Source: Takakia lepidozioides | Taxonomy: Eukaryota; Plantae; Bryophyta | Direction of reading: 5' to 3' | Length of the DNA stretch: 64,000 bases | NCBI GenBank assembly: GCA_030704615.1 | Contig: CM060732.1 | Coordinates: 20,336,001-20,400,000 of the forward strand | Shown: in pieces, positions 37,770-51,300 of the stretch | Layout of the letters: every line of letters starts with the position of its first letter | How positions within the stretch are numbered: the stretch's first letter is position 1 | The notes under the pieces: generated by a model | Told to the model about the DNA's origin: nothing | What the model saw: only the letters and a program-made list of their open reading frames with translations | Databases searched by the model: none | Made by a program: the position numbers and the translations under genes

Positions 37770-39470
37770 TCGGAGGGTGACGACACCTGGCCGACAGAGA
37801 ACATCCCACGGATGGAAAAATGACGCCGAATTTCCATACGAGGCCCGTCGGATGAAGTCGTCTCGGGGGGAGAGGCCGACACCTGGCCGACAGAGAACAT
37901 CCCTCGGATGGAAAAACGGCACCGAATTTCCATCCGAGGCCGTTCGGATGAAGTTGTCTCGGGGGGAGAGGCCGACACCTGGCCGACAGAGAACATCCCA
38001 CGGATGGAAAAATGGCGCCGAATTTCCATACGAGGCCCGTTGGATGAAGTCGTCTCGGGGGGAGAGGCCGACACCTGGCCGACAGAGAACATCCCTCGGA
38101 TGGAAAAACGGCGCCGAATCTCCAATGAGGCCGTTCGGATGAAGTTGTCTCGGGGGGAGAGGCCGACACCTGGCCTACAGAGAATATCCCCCGGATGGCA
38201 AAACGGCGCCGAATTTCCAGACGAGGCCCGTTGGATGAAGTCATCTCGGGGGGAGAGGACGACACCTGGCCGACAGAGAACATCCCACGGATGGAAAAAT
38301 GGCGCCGAATTTCCATACGAGGCCCGTCGGATGAAGTCGTCTCGGGGGGAGAGGCCGACACCTGGCCGATAGAGAACATCCCTCGGATGGAAAAACGGCG
38401 CTGAATCTCCAATGAGGCTGTTCGGATGAAGTTGTCTCGGGGGGAGAGGCCGACACCTGGCCTACAGAGAATATCCCCCGGATGGCAAAACGGCGCCGAG
38501 TTTCCATACGAGGCCCGTCAGATGAAGTCGTCTCGGGGGGAGAGGCCGACACCTGGCCGACAGAGAATATCCCACGGATGGAAAAATGGCGCCGAATTTC
38601 CATCCGAGGCCGTTCGGATGAAGTCGTCTCGTGGGGAGAGGACGACACCTGCCCGACAGAGAACATCCCTCAGATGGAAAAACGGCGCCGCCGAATTTCC
38701 ATCCGAGGCCGTTCGGATGAAGTCGTCTCGTGGGGAGAGGACGACACCTGCCCGACAGAGAACATCCCTCAGATGGAAAAACGGCGCCGCCGAATTTCCA
38801 TCTGAGGCCGTTCAGATGAAGTCGTCTCGGGGGGAGAGGCCGACACCTGGCTGACAGAGAACATCCCCCGGATGGAAAAACGGCGCCGAATTTTTCCATT
38901 CGTGGCCCGTCGGATGAAGTCGTCTCGGGGGGAGAGGCCGACACCTGGCCGACATAGAACATCCATCGGCTGGAAAAACGGCGCCGAATTTCCATCCGAG
39001 GCCGTTCGGATGAAGTCGTCTCGTGGGGAGAGGACGACACCTGCGCGACAGAGAACATCCCTCGGATGGAAAAACGGCGCCGAATTTCCATCCGAGGCCG
39101 TTTGGATGAAGTCGTCTCAGGGGGAGAGGCGGACACTTGGCCGACAGAGAACATCCCCCGGATGGAAAAACTGCGCCGAATTTCCATTCGAGGCCCGTCG
39201 GATGAAGTCGTCTCGGGGGGAGAGGCCGACACCTGGCTGACAGAGAACATCCCCCGGATGGAAAAACGGCGCCGAATTTCCAGACGAGGCCCGTCGGATG
39301 AAGTCGTCTCGGGGGGAGAGGCCGACATCTAGCCGACAGAGAACATCCCTCGGATGGAAAAATGGCGCCGTATTTCCATCCAAGGCCACACGGATGGAGT
39401 CGTCTCGGGGGAAGTGGCCGAAAGAGATCATCTGTAGGATGGAAAAACGGCGCCGAATATCCGTCAACAG
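37770..39470. repeat. 96-bp tandem array (~17 units) with GGCGCCGAATTTCC core
   Basis: gacacctggccgacagagaacatccc recurs at 37782, 37878, 37974 and onwards (96-bp period). Confidence 0.93.
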
Positions 39471-40484
39471 ACGCCCGTATCGACCCTTCATCAACAATTT
39501 TGATTCGTTTTTCGCGTTTTTTTGTCTAATCAGTCACTCAACTTAGAGTTTTTCGCCTGCGGTCCACTTTTTGGCACGTTATGCCCACCAATGTCGTCCG
39601 GTAGAGACAAATTCGGTGCCGGATTTCCATCCTTGAGGTGGACCGACTTACTTGCAGGATGGAAATTCAGCGCCGGTTTTCCATCCTGCAGCGTTCCGGT
39701 TTACCTGCAGGATGGAAATTTGGCGCCGGTTTTCCATCCTGCAGTGCTCCGGTTTACTTGCAAGATGGAAATTCGGCGTTGGTTTTCCATCCTGCAGTGC
39801 TCCGGTTTACTTGCAAGATGGAAATTCGGCGTCGGTTTTCCATCCGGCCGCGCTCTGGCTTGCCTGCAGGATGGAAATTCGGCACCGGTTTTCCATCCGG
39901 CTACTTCTCGATGAGAACGTCTCGGGCGGAGGGAGGGCCACGGTGCGTCCCACTTCATCCGCTGAATGGAAATTCGGCGCTGTTTTTTTCCATCCAGCGG
40001 GCTGTTGATGAAGTCTCGGGGGGAGGGTGGGCCAGGTGGCGCCTGTGGGCGACCTCCATACCTACATTTAAGGGCGCAGTTGCGCATTAAATGTCTTCCG
40101 CCGTCTGTTTTGAACCGGACGTTCCACACGGATACCGCGCTTGCTTCCCGGATACGCCTTCGACACCTGATGTGACGGGTGGATGAAGTTCCATTCGAGG
40201 CATGTACGCACGCATTCTGCGGGAGATTTTTTCTCTTACTCGGACTTATGCCGCGTGGCTCTCTTGAGAGAAACCCCACATCTAGACCGTGTCGCAAACT
40301 GAAGCCTTTGTACTACGGGCGGCAATGTAGCAATGCCGACCAGCCGAACGGCGATAAAGCGGCAACGCGCCTTCTGTACATGTACATACGCGTTGCCTTT
40401 CTTTGATCCGTGGCCATTGTAGTCCCTACATTTCCAGGATGTAAGTTGCCTTATGTGGCGCATGAAAATTAGTTGTGAAGCCCC

Positions 40485-41000
40485 TAGAAAAATGGCGCCG
40501 AATTTCCTGTTTTCGGCCATGGGGCAGATGGCTAAGCCCTGGGGGTGGTTGGCACAGTCTGGAAATTCGGCGCCATTTTTCCAGTTCCGGGCCCAGTCAG
40601 TTCTGGGACTTAGCCATTTTCGGACCCTGTACTGGAAAAATGGCGCCATTTTTCCAGTACAGGGTCCGAAAATGGCTAAGTCCCTGGGGCGGATGGCACA
40701 TATTCTGGAAATTCGGCGCCATTTTTCGAGTTCCGGGCCCAGTCATTTATGGGACTTAGCCATTTTCGGACCCTGTACTGGAAAAATGGCGCCATTTTCC
40801 AGTTCCGGGCCCAGTCATTTCTGGGACTTAGCCATTTTCGGACCCTGTACTGGAAAAATGGCGCCATTTTTCCAGTACAGGGTCCGAAAATGGCCAAGTC
40901 CCCGGGGCGGATGGCACATATTCTGGAAATTCGGCGCCATTTTTCCAGTTCCGGGCCCAGTCAGATCTGGGACTTAGCCATTTTCGGACTCAGTCTGGAA
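40485..41000. repeat. Intronic GGCGCC-palindrome array of copy 2, with nested inverted repeats
   Basis: ggacttagccattttcggaccctgtactggaaaaatggcgccatttttccagtacagggtccgaaaatggctaagtcc is a perfect ~78-bp palindrome at ~40606-40683 and recurs at ~40824-40901. Confidence 0.88.
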
Positions 41001-41037
41001 AAATGGATGTGATTCTGTCTGTGTTTTTTTAATGCAG

Positions 41038-43480
41038 GTACTGTAAGTTCTCCCTGTTGGAGAAAGGTCATCTGTCCTTCAAGCCGCCATTTTTCCTCGC
41101 ATGGAGGAACCCTGGAGCTGACTCCATGTACACTGACGTTATCGTGAAGGAGTGGCATCTGGAGCATTTGCGCGACTGCCTTTGGTATGTGGACCTTCCA
41201 CCCGGCTCGCTCGACTCGTCCGAGTTCCAATGGAAGCTGGATGCGGAGGCCCGACGAAACCGGGCTCCGCTGCCTCCACTGGGTCCAAAGGAGGCGAAAG
41301 CGCTTGCCAAGTCCAGGAAAGTGGCAGAGCTTGCTCAGGCAGGTATTCAGGATAAATTGAATGAGAAGAATAAAGGACAAATGAAAAGGACACGGAAACA
41401 TGGGAGTAAAGTAACCCCAAAAAACAGAAAACCACCGAGGCACCAGAGGAGCGCAGGAGGGGCCCCAAGGGAGTGACTCCGACGACGACTTTGTGCAAGG
41501 TCCTGCGACTGTTGCTGCTGCTACCAAGTCACCGGTCGTCCGGGTTCCCAAGTCAGTTCGGACTGGGACTGGCTCTGCCAAGAAGTTGGCATTTGAGGGC
41601 GAGCCTACACGGCGGTATTCGGCGGTGACATTTCCGCAGAGGCCAAAGCTAGAACCCCACTGCCCTCCCCCGCATGCACACTCACCCCTTCCTCTCCATG
41701 TGACTTCTTCTTCTTCTTCTTCTTTTCCTTCCCCTTCCCCGCTACTTCCTCTCTCTCCTTCTCCCTCTCTCTTCTCTCTCTCTCCTCTGCAGCCCCTTCA
41801 TTGATGGTAAAAGGGATCTCGGGAGGTCGAGGCCTCTTCTTCTTACCTTTGGTGTTCGGGTCCTTCATGAACACCACGTTTTCTCCCTCATTGGCAACCC
41901 CACCGGACTGCACCAATGAGGCCAGCCATGTTGCTGCCTCCTGAAGACAAATAACCCCCCCAAATTCAAAAACAGAAACAAACAACAAAGAAAATCATGC
42001 ATGCAAAGGAAGGGACAAAACATGGAACAAGGTGCGACAGTTGTACCTTTGCAAGCTTGTCCGACTCGCCCCCGGTGTCACCCGATGTGGCAGGAGTCCC
42101 CGTTGCCGGATGTGCCCGCGCTATCCCCTCCGGACCAACTATCATCCAATGCGTCAATGAGAGCTTTCTTGACGCTTTGGCTGCCAGGGCGAAGAAGGTG
42201 GCACACAACAAGTCTCTGGAGGAGCTGAAGGGGAAAGCCAAGAAGAGGGCTGCTGCTACAGAGCCTAAAGACACCCCTGGTTTGGAAGCCATGATGGAAT
42301 TCTTCACGGCTGTGAGCACGGATTGCAAGAGCACTCCGGGGGGGGGGGGGGGGGGGTTTGAGGTGGAGAGAGCCTGCGATATGATTCTCCTCGATATTCT
42401 AGATGGGGAGCTGCTGGAGGGCCTGGATGATGTGCCCACCTGGAACAGGTTTACGGAGGACTACTGGAGAGCCGGGTTTGGGCTGGCGGGGATGCTCCTG
42501 GATGACGGTGGATGTATGGTGGTCCTTGCCATAAGAGGGAAGACCACAGAGAATGTTGTGGCAAGGTGGACACCAAAAAGTGTCACCCCGGGTCCTCCTG
42601 AAAAGATGGTTCTGCATCAATACGCAGGGTTGCGAACAGAGGGCCAGAGTGTAAGTTATCAATCTATTGCATTCACTTCATATTGTGGTGTATCTAAACT
42701 AGACCCTAGAGTGGATCCCTGTTTTGTTGGATGTGCAGACATTGGTGATTGAGGCATATTGTTTTGTGAAGAGAGGGTCTACGTTCAAATTCCGCAATGA
42801 CGGTCGTCTGTTGATGCCGCTGTGGACCCTGCCGCTGTGGACCCTGTTACCTACGACTATGTGTGCCCCAATCCAGTATGCCGAAGGACACAAAGACAGG
42901 CAAACCGTGGCGGGGGTATAGCCGGACCCGGAGCCCTGCTTTCATCCAAACCCTCATGGAGACGTGCTCGGATGTCCAAGGCGGATTCTTGACCTCACAT
43001 GCGGCACGGGGTAAGCCTTCACGTGCACATTTGTCCCCTGGCCCGATTGCAATTGCATGCCGCATGCTACTAACCACCCGCTTTGTCCCTCAGGTGCTTC
43101 AATGTGGGTAGGGACGTTGTCCGACAGGCATGTCTTCGCCTTCGAGCCAGATACTGCCCTCCACAACTCTGAACTTGCAGCGGCTGAACGTTTGCCGAAA
43201 GAGGAGGAGGCATCCTCGGAGGATGAGGAAGAATCCAAGAAGGAGGTGGTGGAGGTACAAGTTGGGATCGAGGCCGATGAGCCCTTGGTTTACGATATTT
43301 CATTGAAAGACCCTTTTTGGCTTCTGATGGTATTGACATTCTTAAAGTGGATTTGTTCTTACTGCAGGATGCCAAGTACTGCAGGAGGGACGTCTACACC
43401 GCAGTTCATGGGCAAGAGGAACATGCCTTTTTTTGCCAGGGGGGATTTCATGTCGAATCCAGAAAGGGACTCCACATGTT
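41038..43480 (+). pseudogene. 3' part of the ParB/MTase-like gene in copy 2 (frameshifted, with a ~480-bp insertion)
   Basis: ACDMILLDILDGELL...LLDDGGCMVV...IEAYCFVK...FIQTLMETCSDVQG..ASMWVGTLSDRHVFAFEPD. Confidence 0.88.
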
Positions 43481-44245
43481 AACCTCTGATGCATGGGGCA
43501 AATCTAGAATTCAATTTGTTTTCCTGTGGGAAGGTGTCAGGTTGGTGCCTAATTGCGTCTCATTTTAGGAAGGGAGGGTCGAGTGAGTTACAAGTTAAAC
43601 TTTTATCCACGAATACTAAAGCTCTTCAAGCACACTGAGAGAAATGGAGCGGTGAATTCTGCAGTTTGTCCTTACCATTGTGTGCAGTTATGGACCCTCA
43701 GCTCATCTTTATGAAAAGAAATAAACTTGGTGTGTTCACGGGAAGCCCAATGAGGTTTGGGATAAGACTATTCAGAACCAGAGGATAGACAGAAATGAAA
43801 TGAAGTGCTACTTCATAACATCCTCCGGAACTGAGCTTATGGGAGAAAGAAACAAGAAAGAGAGAGGGGCCACAAGCAGCCCAAAAGCAACTATAGCTAA
43901 AGGGATTGTCTAAGAGTTGACGCTTCATTCAAGTAAGCTGCCAAGACAGAGAAAGAAAGAAATGTGTTGACCGTGCGAAGCCCAAGGGACACAACTCCCG
44001 AAAGAGAGTGAGAGACAGAGAGACATTGTGTGTCCGGCAAGAGGGGTACAGAGATTATACTTGAACATACCTGGAATTTCTGGATTGCTGAGGTGCAACG
44101 CAATCCAACATTATGTAGGATTGGGAAGACAGCTTTTAAGCTTGCTTTTAAGTGGTCTTGGCGAGTATTTACAAATCCAGTGATCTATTCTGAAGTGGAT
44201 CATGCTTTATGGTTTATGAGCAGACATCTCTATGCATTCTTCGCA

Positions 44246-45671
44246 GGTTTCACAATTCGGGGTTATGGAGAAGACCGGGATATGTCATGCTACCGCTGCC
44301 CTTGCTCTCTTTCTGGCCCTTTCCTTGGGTCACTGCGATAGGGGCTTTGCCGGGGAGCTTGCAAGTGATTCCATTTCATCAAGGATTAACACGCAGCGGG
44401 TGGCAGAGGAGTACAACCAGTTCCCTGTGGATCTGGTAATTTCACTTGCTCAGCTTGTTACAATGTTTCTTGGATTAACTTCAAAGCATTCTCTGTACCT
44501 TCTGGCAAGTCTGGAACAAACCACACTAACATGAGAAGGGCTACTCCAGTTGTCTCATGTCGTTCTCACAGCAGTACTGGATCATATTCACAAAGCTGTT
44601 TTCTCTTGGATTTTAATGAGTTGTATGGAAGGTTCCTACACAGACTTCTTTATCGGTTCTGGATTCAGCTCGAGTGTGTCCGGAAAGATAGGTAGACTTG
44701 AACAGGAGCTGGCAACTTTGGAGAAAGAAACAGGATGGCGTCTGCGTGTGCTAACTCGGTCTGGAACTTCACAGTCTCCTTTAGGTGGAGAGGTGCGTAT
44801 TGGGAACCTTGAAGGACAAGTAGAGCAATGCACCTGAGTGGCTGTGTCTGTAGCACATGTGTCCAGGTGCACTACATCTTTTCTGGGATAATGCTTTGTT
44901 GTTCTGAGATTGTCTTAAGGGCTTCAGATCACAGAAGCTTCACATTGAAACCATCGTCCAAAGATCTTAAAATAATGACCTAGTACCTATCAGATATTAA
45001 ACCATAATTGATTGGTCTACCATAGCTGCTACAAGATCTCTGCCCTGAATGCATCCTTTGTTGTACTAACCTACGCTGGAGCCTGAGATTATTGGTGTCC
45101 TGGCCTTGTCCTGGCCATTGCTGATCTTCAGGTGAGAGACCTGTGGAAGCCTGACAAGCGCACAATTATAGTTATTGAAGACCTAGGCTCACCAAACATC
45201 CTCAACTTCAACACAGGGGCTGCAGTTGCCAGCCAACTTCCTCGCCAATTTTTTCTCGAACTGCAATCCCGCTTTGGCGTAAGGCAAGAGGGTGAAGCTC
45301 AGGCACTACTGTCGACTGTAGATGCTTTGAAGGACTGCCTAACAAGGCGTGGTGGATGCCGATTCGTACCAGGCCTCACAAATGACCTCTATTATCTAAC
45401 ACTTGGAACGTCGATCATAGGTGGCTGTGTGTTTGGGTTCGGTGCACGTTTTCAACCATCAGGGAGGGTCGGGGCTTCGTGGCAATGGGTGCTCATTTTT
45501 GCGCCACTCTGGGGAATTCTCTTTCTGTCCTTTGGTGTTCTTCCCATAGTTGGAAGGACAACCGAGTGGGAGCCTCTGGCTAAGAATACTCTGGGGTTCC
45601 TGGCGGGTGCAGCTGGCATCTATTTGACTCCCATCCTTGGCCCTCCTCCCATCGGCAAGCAAGAAGACTAA
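44246..45671 (+). CDS. TPM-domain thylakoid protein (TL15-like, cyanobacterial type with C-terminal membrane helices); 5' exon(s) not resolved
   Basis: Exons ~44246-44435, ~44670-44791, 45132-45671. LEKETGWRLRVLT...W..D..TI....NILNFNTG...LPRQFFLELQSRFG...CL...GC..VPGL...WQWVLIFAPLWGILF. Confidence 0.8.
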
Positions 45672-47404
45672 TTCGAGTAGATCAATTCCTGCAGGGAGCT
45701 TCGGTATCATTCACGTCCTTGCATTTTTTGTACATTACGGTTGCACAGCACAGATCATGTGTAGCCATACTTACTATGTATAGGATGTGACTTCAAAAGC
45801 CCCCATTTGGAGAATTGATCGGCCCAGACAGACAGAAAGGCCATGGACTGGAGGGGTTGCTGTTGGACGATTCAATTGGACAGTATGCAAGCCAAGCTTT
45901 GCAAGAGATTGAACGTTGTTCCTGATAAACTCAAGTTCATCTGAAATCAGATTCAAACAACAGTCTGCAAAATTGCAGGTTTGCGAATGAAATGCTCAAA
46001 AGTTCTGAAACAGGATGTTGAATCTAGAAGTGGTTTCCTAAAGCTGTTTTGCGGCGAACCCCTGTGCACAAACCACCCAAGGGCCCTTAATGTCTCTTGC
46101 AGGGCATCAACTGCATATGATCCTCTGGTCAATCTTGGGTATCAGCTCTGTTTTACCTTCTTTATCCATCATTGCTAACATGCAAACAGGACATCATTGT
46201 TTTCCACACATCAATCTGGAGCCCCCAGAGAATCACATAATGGGGCTGGGCTCCAAATTACAGTGGAGCTGCGAGAAGAGATATGATGCCACATATTCTT
46301 AAGCTGCGATGACATGAAACAATGGAAATCTTGCTTGAGTTTGTTAGCATGACTGATTCAAAGATGCAAACATGAAGTAAAAATCTAACATTGTGGATAC
46401 ATGGACGTGAATGACAAACAGTGGACTGGTACACACTTGATGCAAGTCACAAGCATGAGACGCAGAGAGGCTTAGGTCTGTAGGCCACAATTAAATTGGA
46501 TTACCAGGTCTCAAATCAAATCATTGGCATGCTATTGAACCAGCCCAGATGGGCTGGAGCCCCAATTGTGCTTTATTGAATGCTCTGACTATCTAGATGA
46601 AGCTGGGCTTGATGACATTTCATTTCACAAACAGAACTACGTCACTGACTGGTGTATGTAAGTCTCTAATTGTTTAGGTGTTGGGTATGGGTCGGCGTTT
46701 AGAAACCTGAGGTTCTGGCCCAGACATGAGAGTTGGGTACTTAAATGCACTTCATACCACATCCAGTTTGGGGTAGCTCCTCCTGCCAAATATAATCCAT
46801 CCTCACCCAATTTGAGGGAGAGTTTTGGTCCTACATACTTCAACTTCGAGATTTGGGCCCGCCTGCGGTTTATGATGGTAGACCTGCAGGGTCCTGTTTC
46901 AACGACTAGGCGCAGAGTCCGAAGTGCCCGTAAGATTCCCCGCAGGACCATTAAACATTTCATTCATTAAGTATGTTGGTTTTTCCCACTCTTGGAGCCT
47001 GGTTCATCAGTCGGGCAAGTTTGGTTCAAAAGTTTTCAAAAGCTGTCATTTCCTGTCATTCAAACCAGACACGACACACACCATGGCACCGGGATTTTGA
47101 ACTTTGGATTGTACCCCTCGTTGGAAGGCGAAGTTGACCTGGCGCACTAATCTATGCTCTAGTTATTGCACTGGGCAACGTACAGTAAAGAATGTGAGAG
47201 GTCGCCGTGGTGTACACACAAAAATACACAGTGATGAGTGGGGTGAATGATGATGGTGGGCAGTGAACAGTCCTCTGCAGGCATGGCGGATCGTCAGCTC
47301 ACATTCAATGCTCGTCTCGCACACACAAACACCAAGTCACCAACACAAACACAAACACAGAGAGACGATCACGAGACGGAAGGCACATTGAAGCAAGCAA
47401 GTAG

Positions 47405-47560
47405 GAACTAGGAACGGTCAAGTAGCTACAGTGCGGACCGGTTGCCATCATTCCGGCGTCAGTAGCGACCCGTTGGCGTCGTCTATTTTGGAGGCCGTCC
47501 CTGCTGGCAGGGTCGGGGCGGGTGCGCCAATGGGGAGCCCGGGATTGCAAACGGGCATTT
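47405..47560. promoter_or_regulatory. Cluster of AACGG (MSA-core-like) motifs upstream of the cyclin gene
   Basis: gaacggtca (~47412), acccgttgg (~47468), caaacgggc (~47548); mitosis-specific-activator cores are typical of plant G2/M cyclin promoters. Confidence 0.35.
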
Positions 47561-48338
47561 CCATTTCAAAAAGGGCGGGGTGGGCTCCGCGGCAGCCACG
47601 TGCCGTTCCCCCGCGCAGCATCGCTCTGGCTGGCTGTGTAGGCAGTCAATCCCTCTCATTTATCGCAGCTCAAGTCTGCCTCGCTCAAGATTGTGCAAGG
47701 CAAACGTGGCATTGTTTACTGAATGGAGAAGGGAGTGTCTACAGAATTCTAGAGTGAGGTGCTCAGCCGTTCTCTGCGTGCTTTGTCCATGCTTGAGACC
47801 CCAAGGAAGGAGCAGAGAGTTGGAGAGACGGAGGAACGGAGTGAGAGTTTTGTTTCAGGGGAGGAGAGAGGTGCGAAAGGGTTGAAATCGTGTTCAGGGA
47901 CACTTGGGCAGCGGGAGGAAAATCCGACATGCGATACACAGTTTGCAAAGTGTGAAAAGGGTAAAAGATTGAAAGATTGTAGATATTGGGAAGTAGCTGG
48001 TTTTGTTTTGCAGTAGCCTGAAGTCTGCTTTTTGGATGTATCTCTTGGACTCGGTGTTCAGTGATGTTTTGGTGCCTCTCGTCCTACATTTTGACTCCAG
48101 CCGAAGATGAAAACTGAGCGTAGACATAGCCAGGACTAGACTTGAAGGAACAAAATCAGAGTTTAGATTAAACTGGAAAGCACTACTGAAGGACCCAGTA
48201 AGTAGACCACTTCTTGCGTGCTTGAGCTCCAGCAACTGGATCAACCGCACGATCTGTAGTTGCCGCTCCGCTGCTTGCTCTTATATAAATTTAGGCAACT
48301 TCGATTCCTTTGCATGATCTCTGTCACATTGGCGAGAG

Positions 48339-51300
48339 ATGTCAGGGGTCCCTGAGAATGGACGCCGTCTGCGTCCACGTTCAGGAAACTTTGCAGTAAC
48401 CGCTGCAGATGATATGAGACGCACCAGAGCAGCAGCCAAACGAGCAGCCATGGAGGACTCCACGCGACCTTCTGGTACTGCCCTTGTACAGCATGCAAAG
48501 AAGCGCGCTGTCCAGCAATCCAAGAAACGTGCTGCATTGGCCAATCTCTCTAATCAATCAAATGTGCCTGCTGTCCAATCCGCTGTGCCTGTGGTTTCTC
48601 GAGGCTGCGCTCCTGCGCACAATGCCGACTGCATGACGTTGAGAAGTGGCCCCATTCCTAGTGAAGGCGATGAGAATGCACCCCCCTGCGGTAAGGAAGT
48701 GGGTGCTCAGGCTAAAGCAGTGAAAGTTATCTCCGAGCCGCAAGAGCGAAGCGAAGTGAGCAATGCAGCAGCGATTGCTTCTCTGGAGCGACGAACAGTG
48801 CAAAACCTCTACATCTCAAGAGATTCTAAGACACGGGCTAAACAAGGTATTGATGGTTTCTTTATTATTTCCTGGAGAGCAGACTGAACGTTTCTGCAGG
48901 CCCCACAATGTTTAAGCAAGAGAAATCTCTCCTAGTTTCAGTTGTTATAATTTAGGGTTGGTTTCGGATTGGAGAAACATACCCTTTTCGTGTGTGGCTT
49001 CGATTATAGAAAACCTATGATGATTGTTCTGTAACGCTGTAAGTCTGGTAGGAGTCGTTTAGTGATGCAACGTTGGTGGACGAATGGTGTTGATGTCTTA
49101 CCATCAGGTGTGGCATTGCAAAAGCAGGTGGCCTTTTTGATGAAAATCTTCCACCAGAAAAGACAGGATGGTCAAGCAGGCTTCACTTTCATGACATCGA
49201 CAATGATCACTCAGACCCTCAGATGTGCAGTATGTATGCTACGGACATCTACCAGCATCTACGCATTACAGAGGTTGGTCTCGTTACTTTTTCAGTTTGT
49301 TGCATTGCCAGAGGCAAAGGTGCAATGCATAGTAAGCAAGAGGAGGAAACACACTCAGTGATGTGTCGTCAGTCCACGCTTCATTGGATATGTTGGATTT
49401 TTTATAGTGTTCTCACAAGAGAAATCTATTGTTGACTTGGGATGACACTCTCAGATCAAAAGAAGACCAACAACAAATTTTATGGAGGTGCTACAGCAGG
49501 ATATCAATTGCAGTATGCGAGGGATTCTCGTTGACTGGCTTGTTGAGGTAATGTCTGCAGATCTCTTTTCTGCTAGTTGGTTGTCTTGTGGTTCAGGAGG
49601 ACTCAAAGCCAAGTGAATTTATCTGGCATTCAAACCTTGAGAAATAACTAATACTATGGCTTTGCCAAATGAGCATTTATGCGATCACTTTTGTGGTCTA
49701 TTAATATGTGAAGGTATGTGGTTGAGCAGGTAGCAGAGGAGTATAAACTGGTCCCTGACACCCTGTACCTGACAATTTCTTACATCGACCGGTTTCTTTC
49801 TTGCAATATTGTCACACGTCAACGCCTCCAGCTGCTTGGTGTCTCATGCATGCTTATTGCTGCGTAAATCTCTTGGAACCCAGACCTTCCATTGTAGTAC
49901 TTCAGCTGTTGATTTTCTCTCACCTGCCCTGGCTTAGAGGTTTGCTTTACCATTCTATGTCGAGTATTTATTTGGAACTGTATTTTGTTTTTTCTTGCAG
50001 CAAGTATGAGGAGATTTGTGCTCCACAAGTTGAGGAATTCTGCTACATAACTGATAATACATATTGTCGGGATGAGGTAGGTTGCTCTGAATTTATTGGG
50101 CTGGTTGTCAGATCCTCATGTTTAAGTAATACCTTTGTGTTGTGTTGTAGCTGGAATTCCAATATTGAAGAACTCAGCAAGAATGGCCATATGGATCATG
50201 TAGGACCATGTAGGACTTTCTACGAGTTGCTATTGTGCCAATCTTTGGAAAACTCACTGGCAGCCTAGCTTTATGGTAGTATGAAATTGTTTGACTGCAG
50301 TTCTTCCCAAAATTCCTCAGTTTGTACCTTGAAAATGTGCTTCAGGTCCTGGAGATGGAAAGACGAGTATTGAATGACTTGAAATTCGAGCTCACCACTC
50401 CCACCACCAAGAGCTTTCTGCGGTAAGATAACTGTCTATCTTTTGTCCTACTCCAAATTTCTTTGCTTGTTTGAATTCTGACAATGTGTTCACTTACTTT
50501 ATTCAATTCTTTGTTGCTGGGCAGACGCTTTGTACGAGCAGCTCAAGCAGGCTACAAGGTGTGACATTCTTCTTGAAACCATATGTTGCAAATTTTGTCA
50601 TTGCCGGATTGGTGGAGCACCAAGCATAAGCCACCAGTGCTCCAATCAAGTCTAGAATAATGGTCTAGAATATTGCTCAAGTGCTATTTGTTTCATGCAA
50701 ATGCATGTAGTAATCTCTTAGTGTGATCACTTCTGTCCAAACTGCTCCCCTCCCCACACAGGAATCTGCCATGCAAACATCTGTTTTCAAAATTTCAATT
50801 TGACTTAGCTCCTCAAATATAGTTGAGAAAGTGTGAAATGTCTTTGACACTCATAAATGCGTTCAGTGCTGCTCGCCTGAATCAAAGATCCTCACAAGTC
50901 ATGGGTTGCTGTCTTGGCATTACAAGTTGTGCATGATATGTGCGATGTAGAAATGATGGTTGTTGTCTTGTCTGAAAAGGTGGTAGGATCTTCAAGAATA
51001 GCCTACCAAGTTATTCATGTTGATTGGGTCGCAGTCTCGGGGTTCTTGTGTACTTGACAGGCAAAGATATCAATGTAGAGCATTTTTCCTTGCAGGTGCC
51101 TACCTTGAATCTAGAGTTTCTGGGGAATTATCTTGCGGAGCTGACTCTTGTGGAATATAGCCTTCTGCATTACCTGCCATCTTTGATTGCTGCCTCTGCT
51201 GTCTTCATGGCCAAGCTCACCCTTGATTCCAAATTATGTCCTTGGGTACGGTCTTTTGAAGCCTTATTTCTTAATGCAGAGCACTTCGTTGAATTACGTG

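Larger units (their letters stand above)
34616..43470. mobile_element. Second, internally deleted and rearranged copy of the 5041-19308 element; right TIR not found
   Basis: Left TIR gaggttagctatttcatgagcatgagcggcatgagc at 34616. 35112-36428 matches 6790-8112; 36428-36572 matches 8673-8817; 40070-40325 resembles 12385-12640; 40335-40405 resembles 15688-15755; 41033-43470 matches 16717-18715. Confidence 0.9.

Noticed and set aside
43470-43700. Right TIR and TSD for copy 2
   Set aside because: No ctcatgaaatagc end and no repeat of the left flank attgtaaac was seen; treated as truncated.
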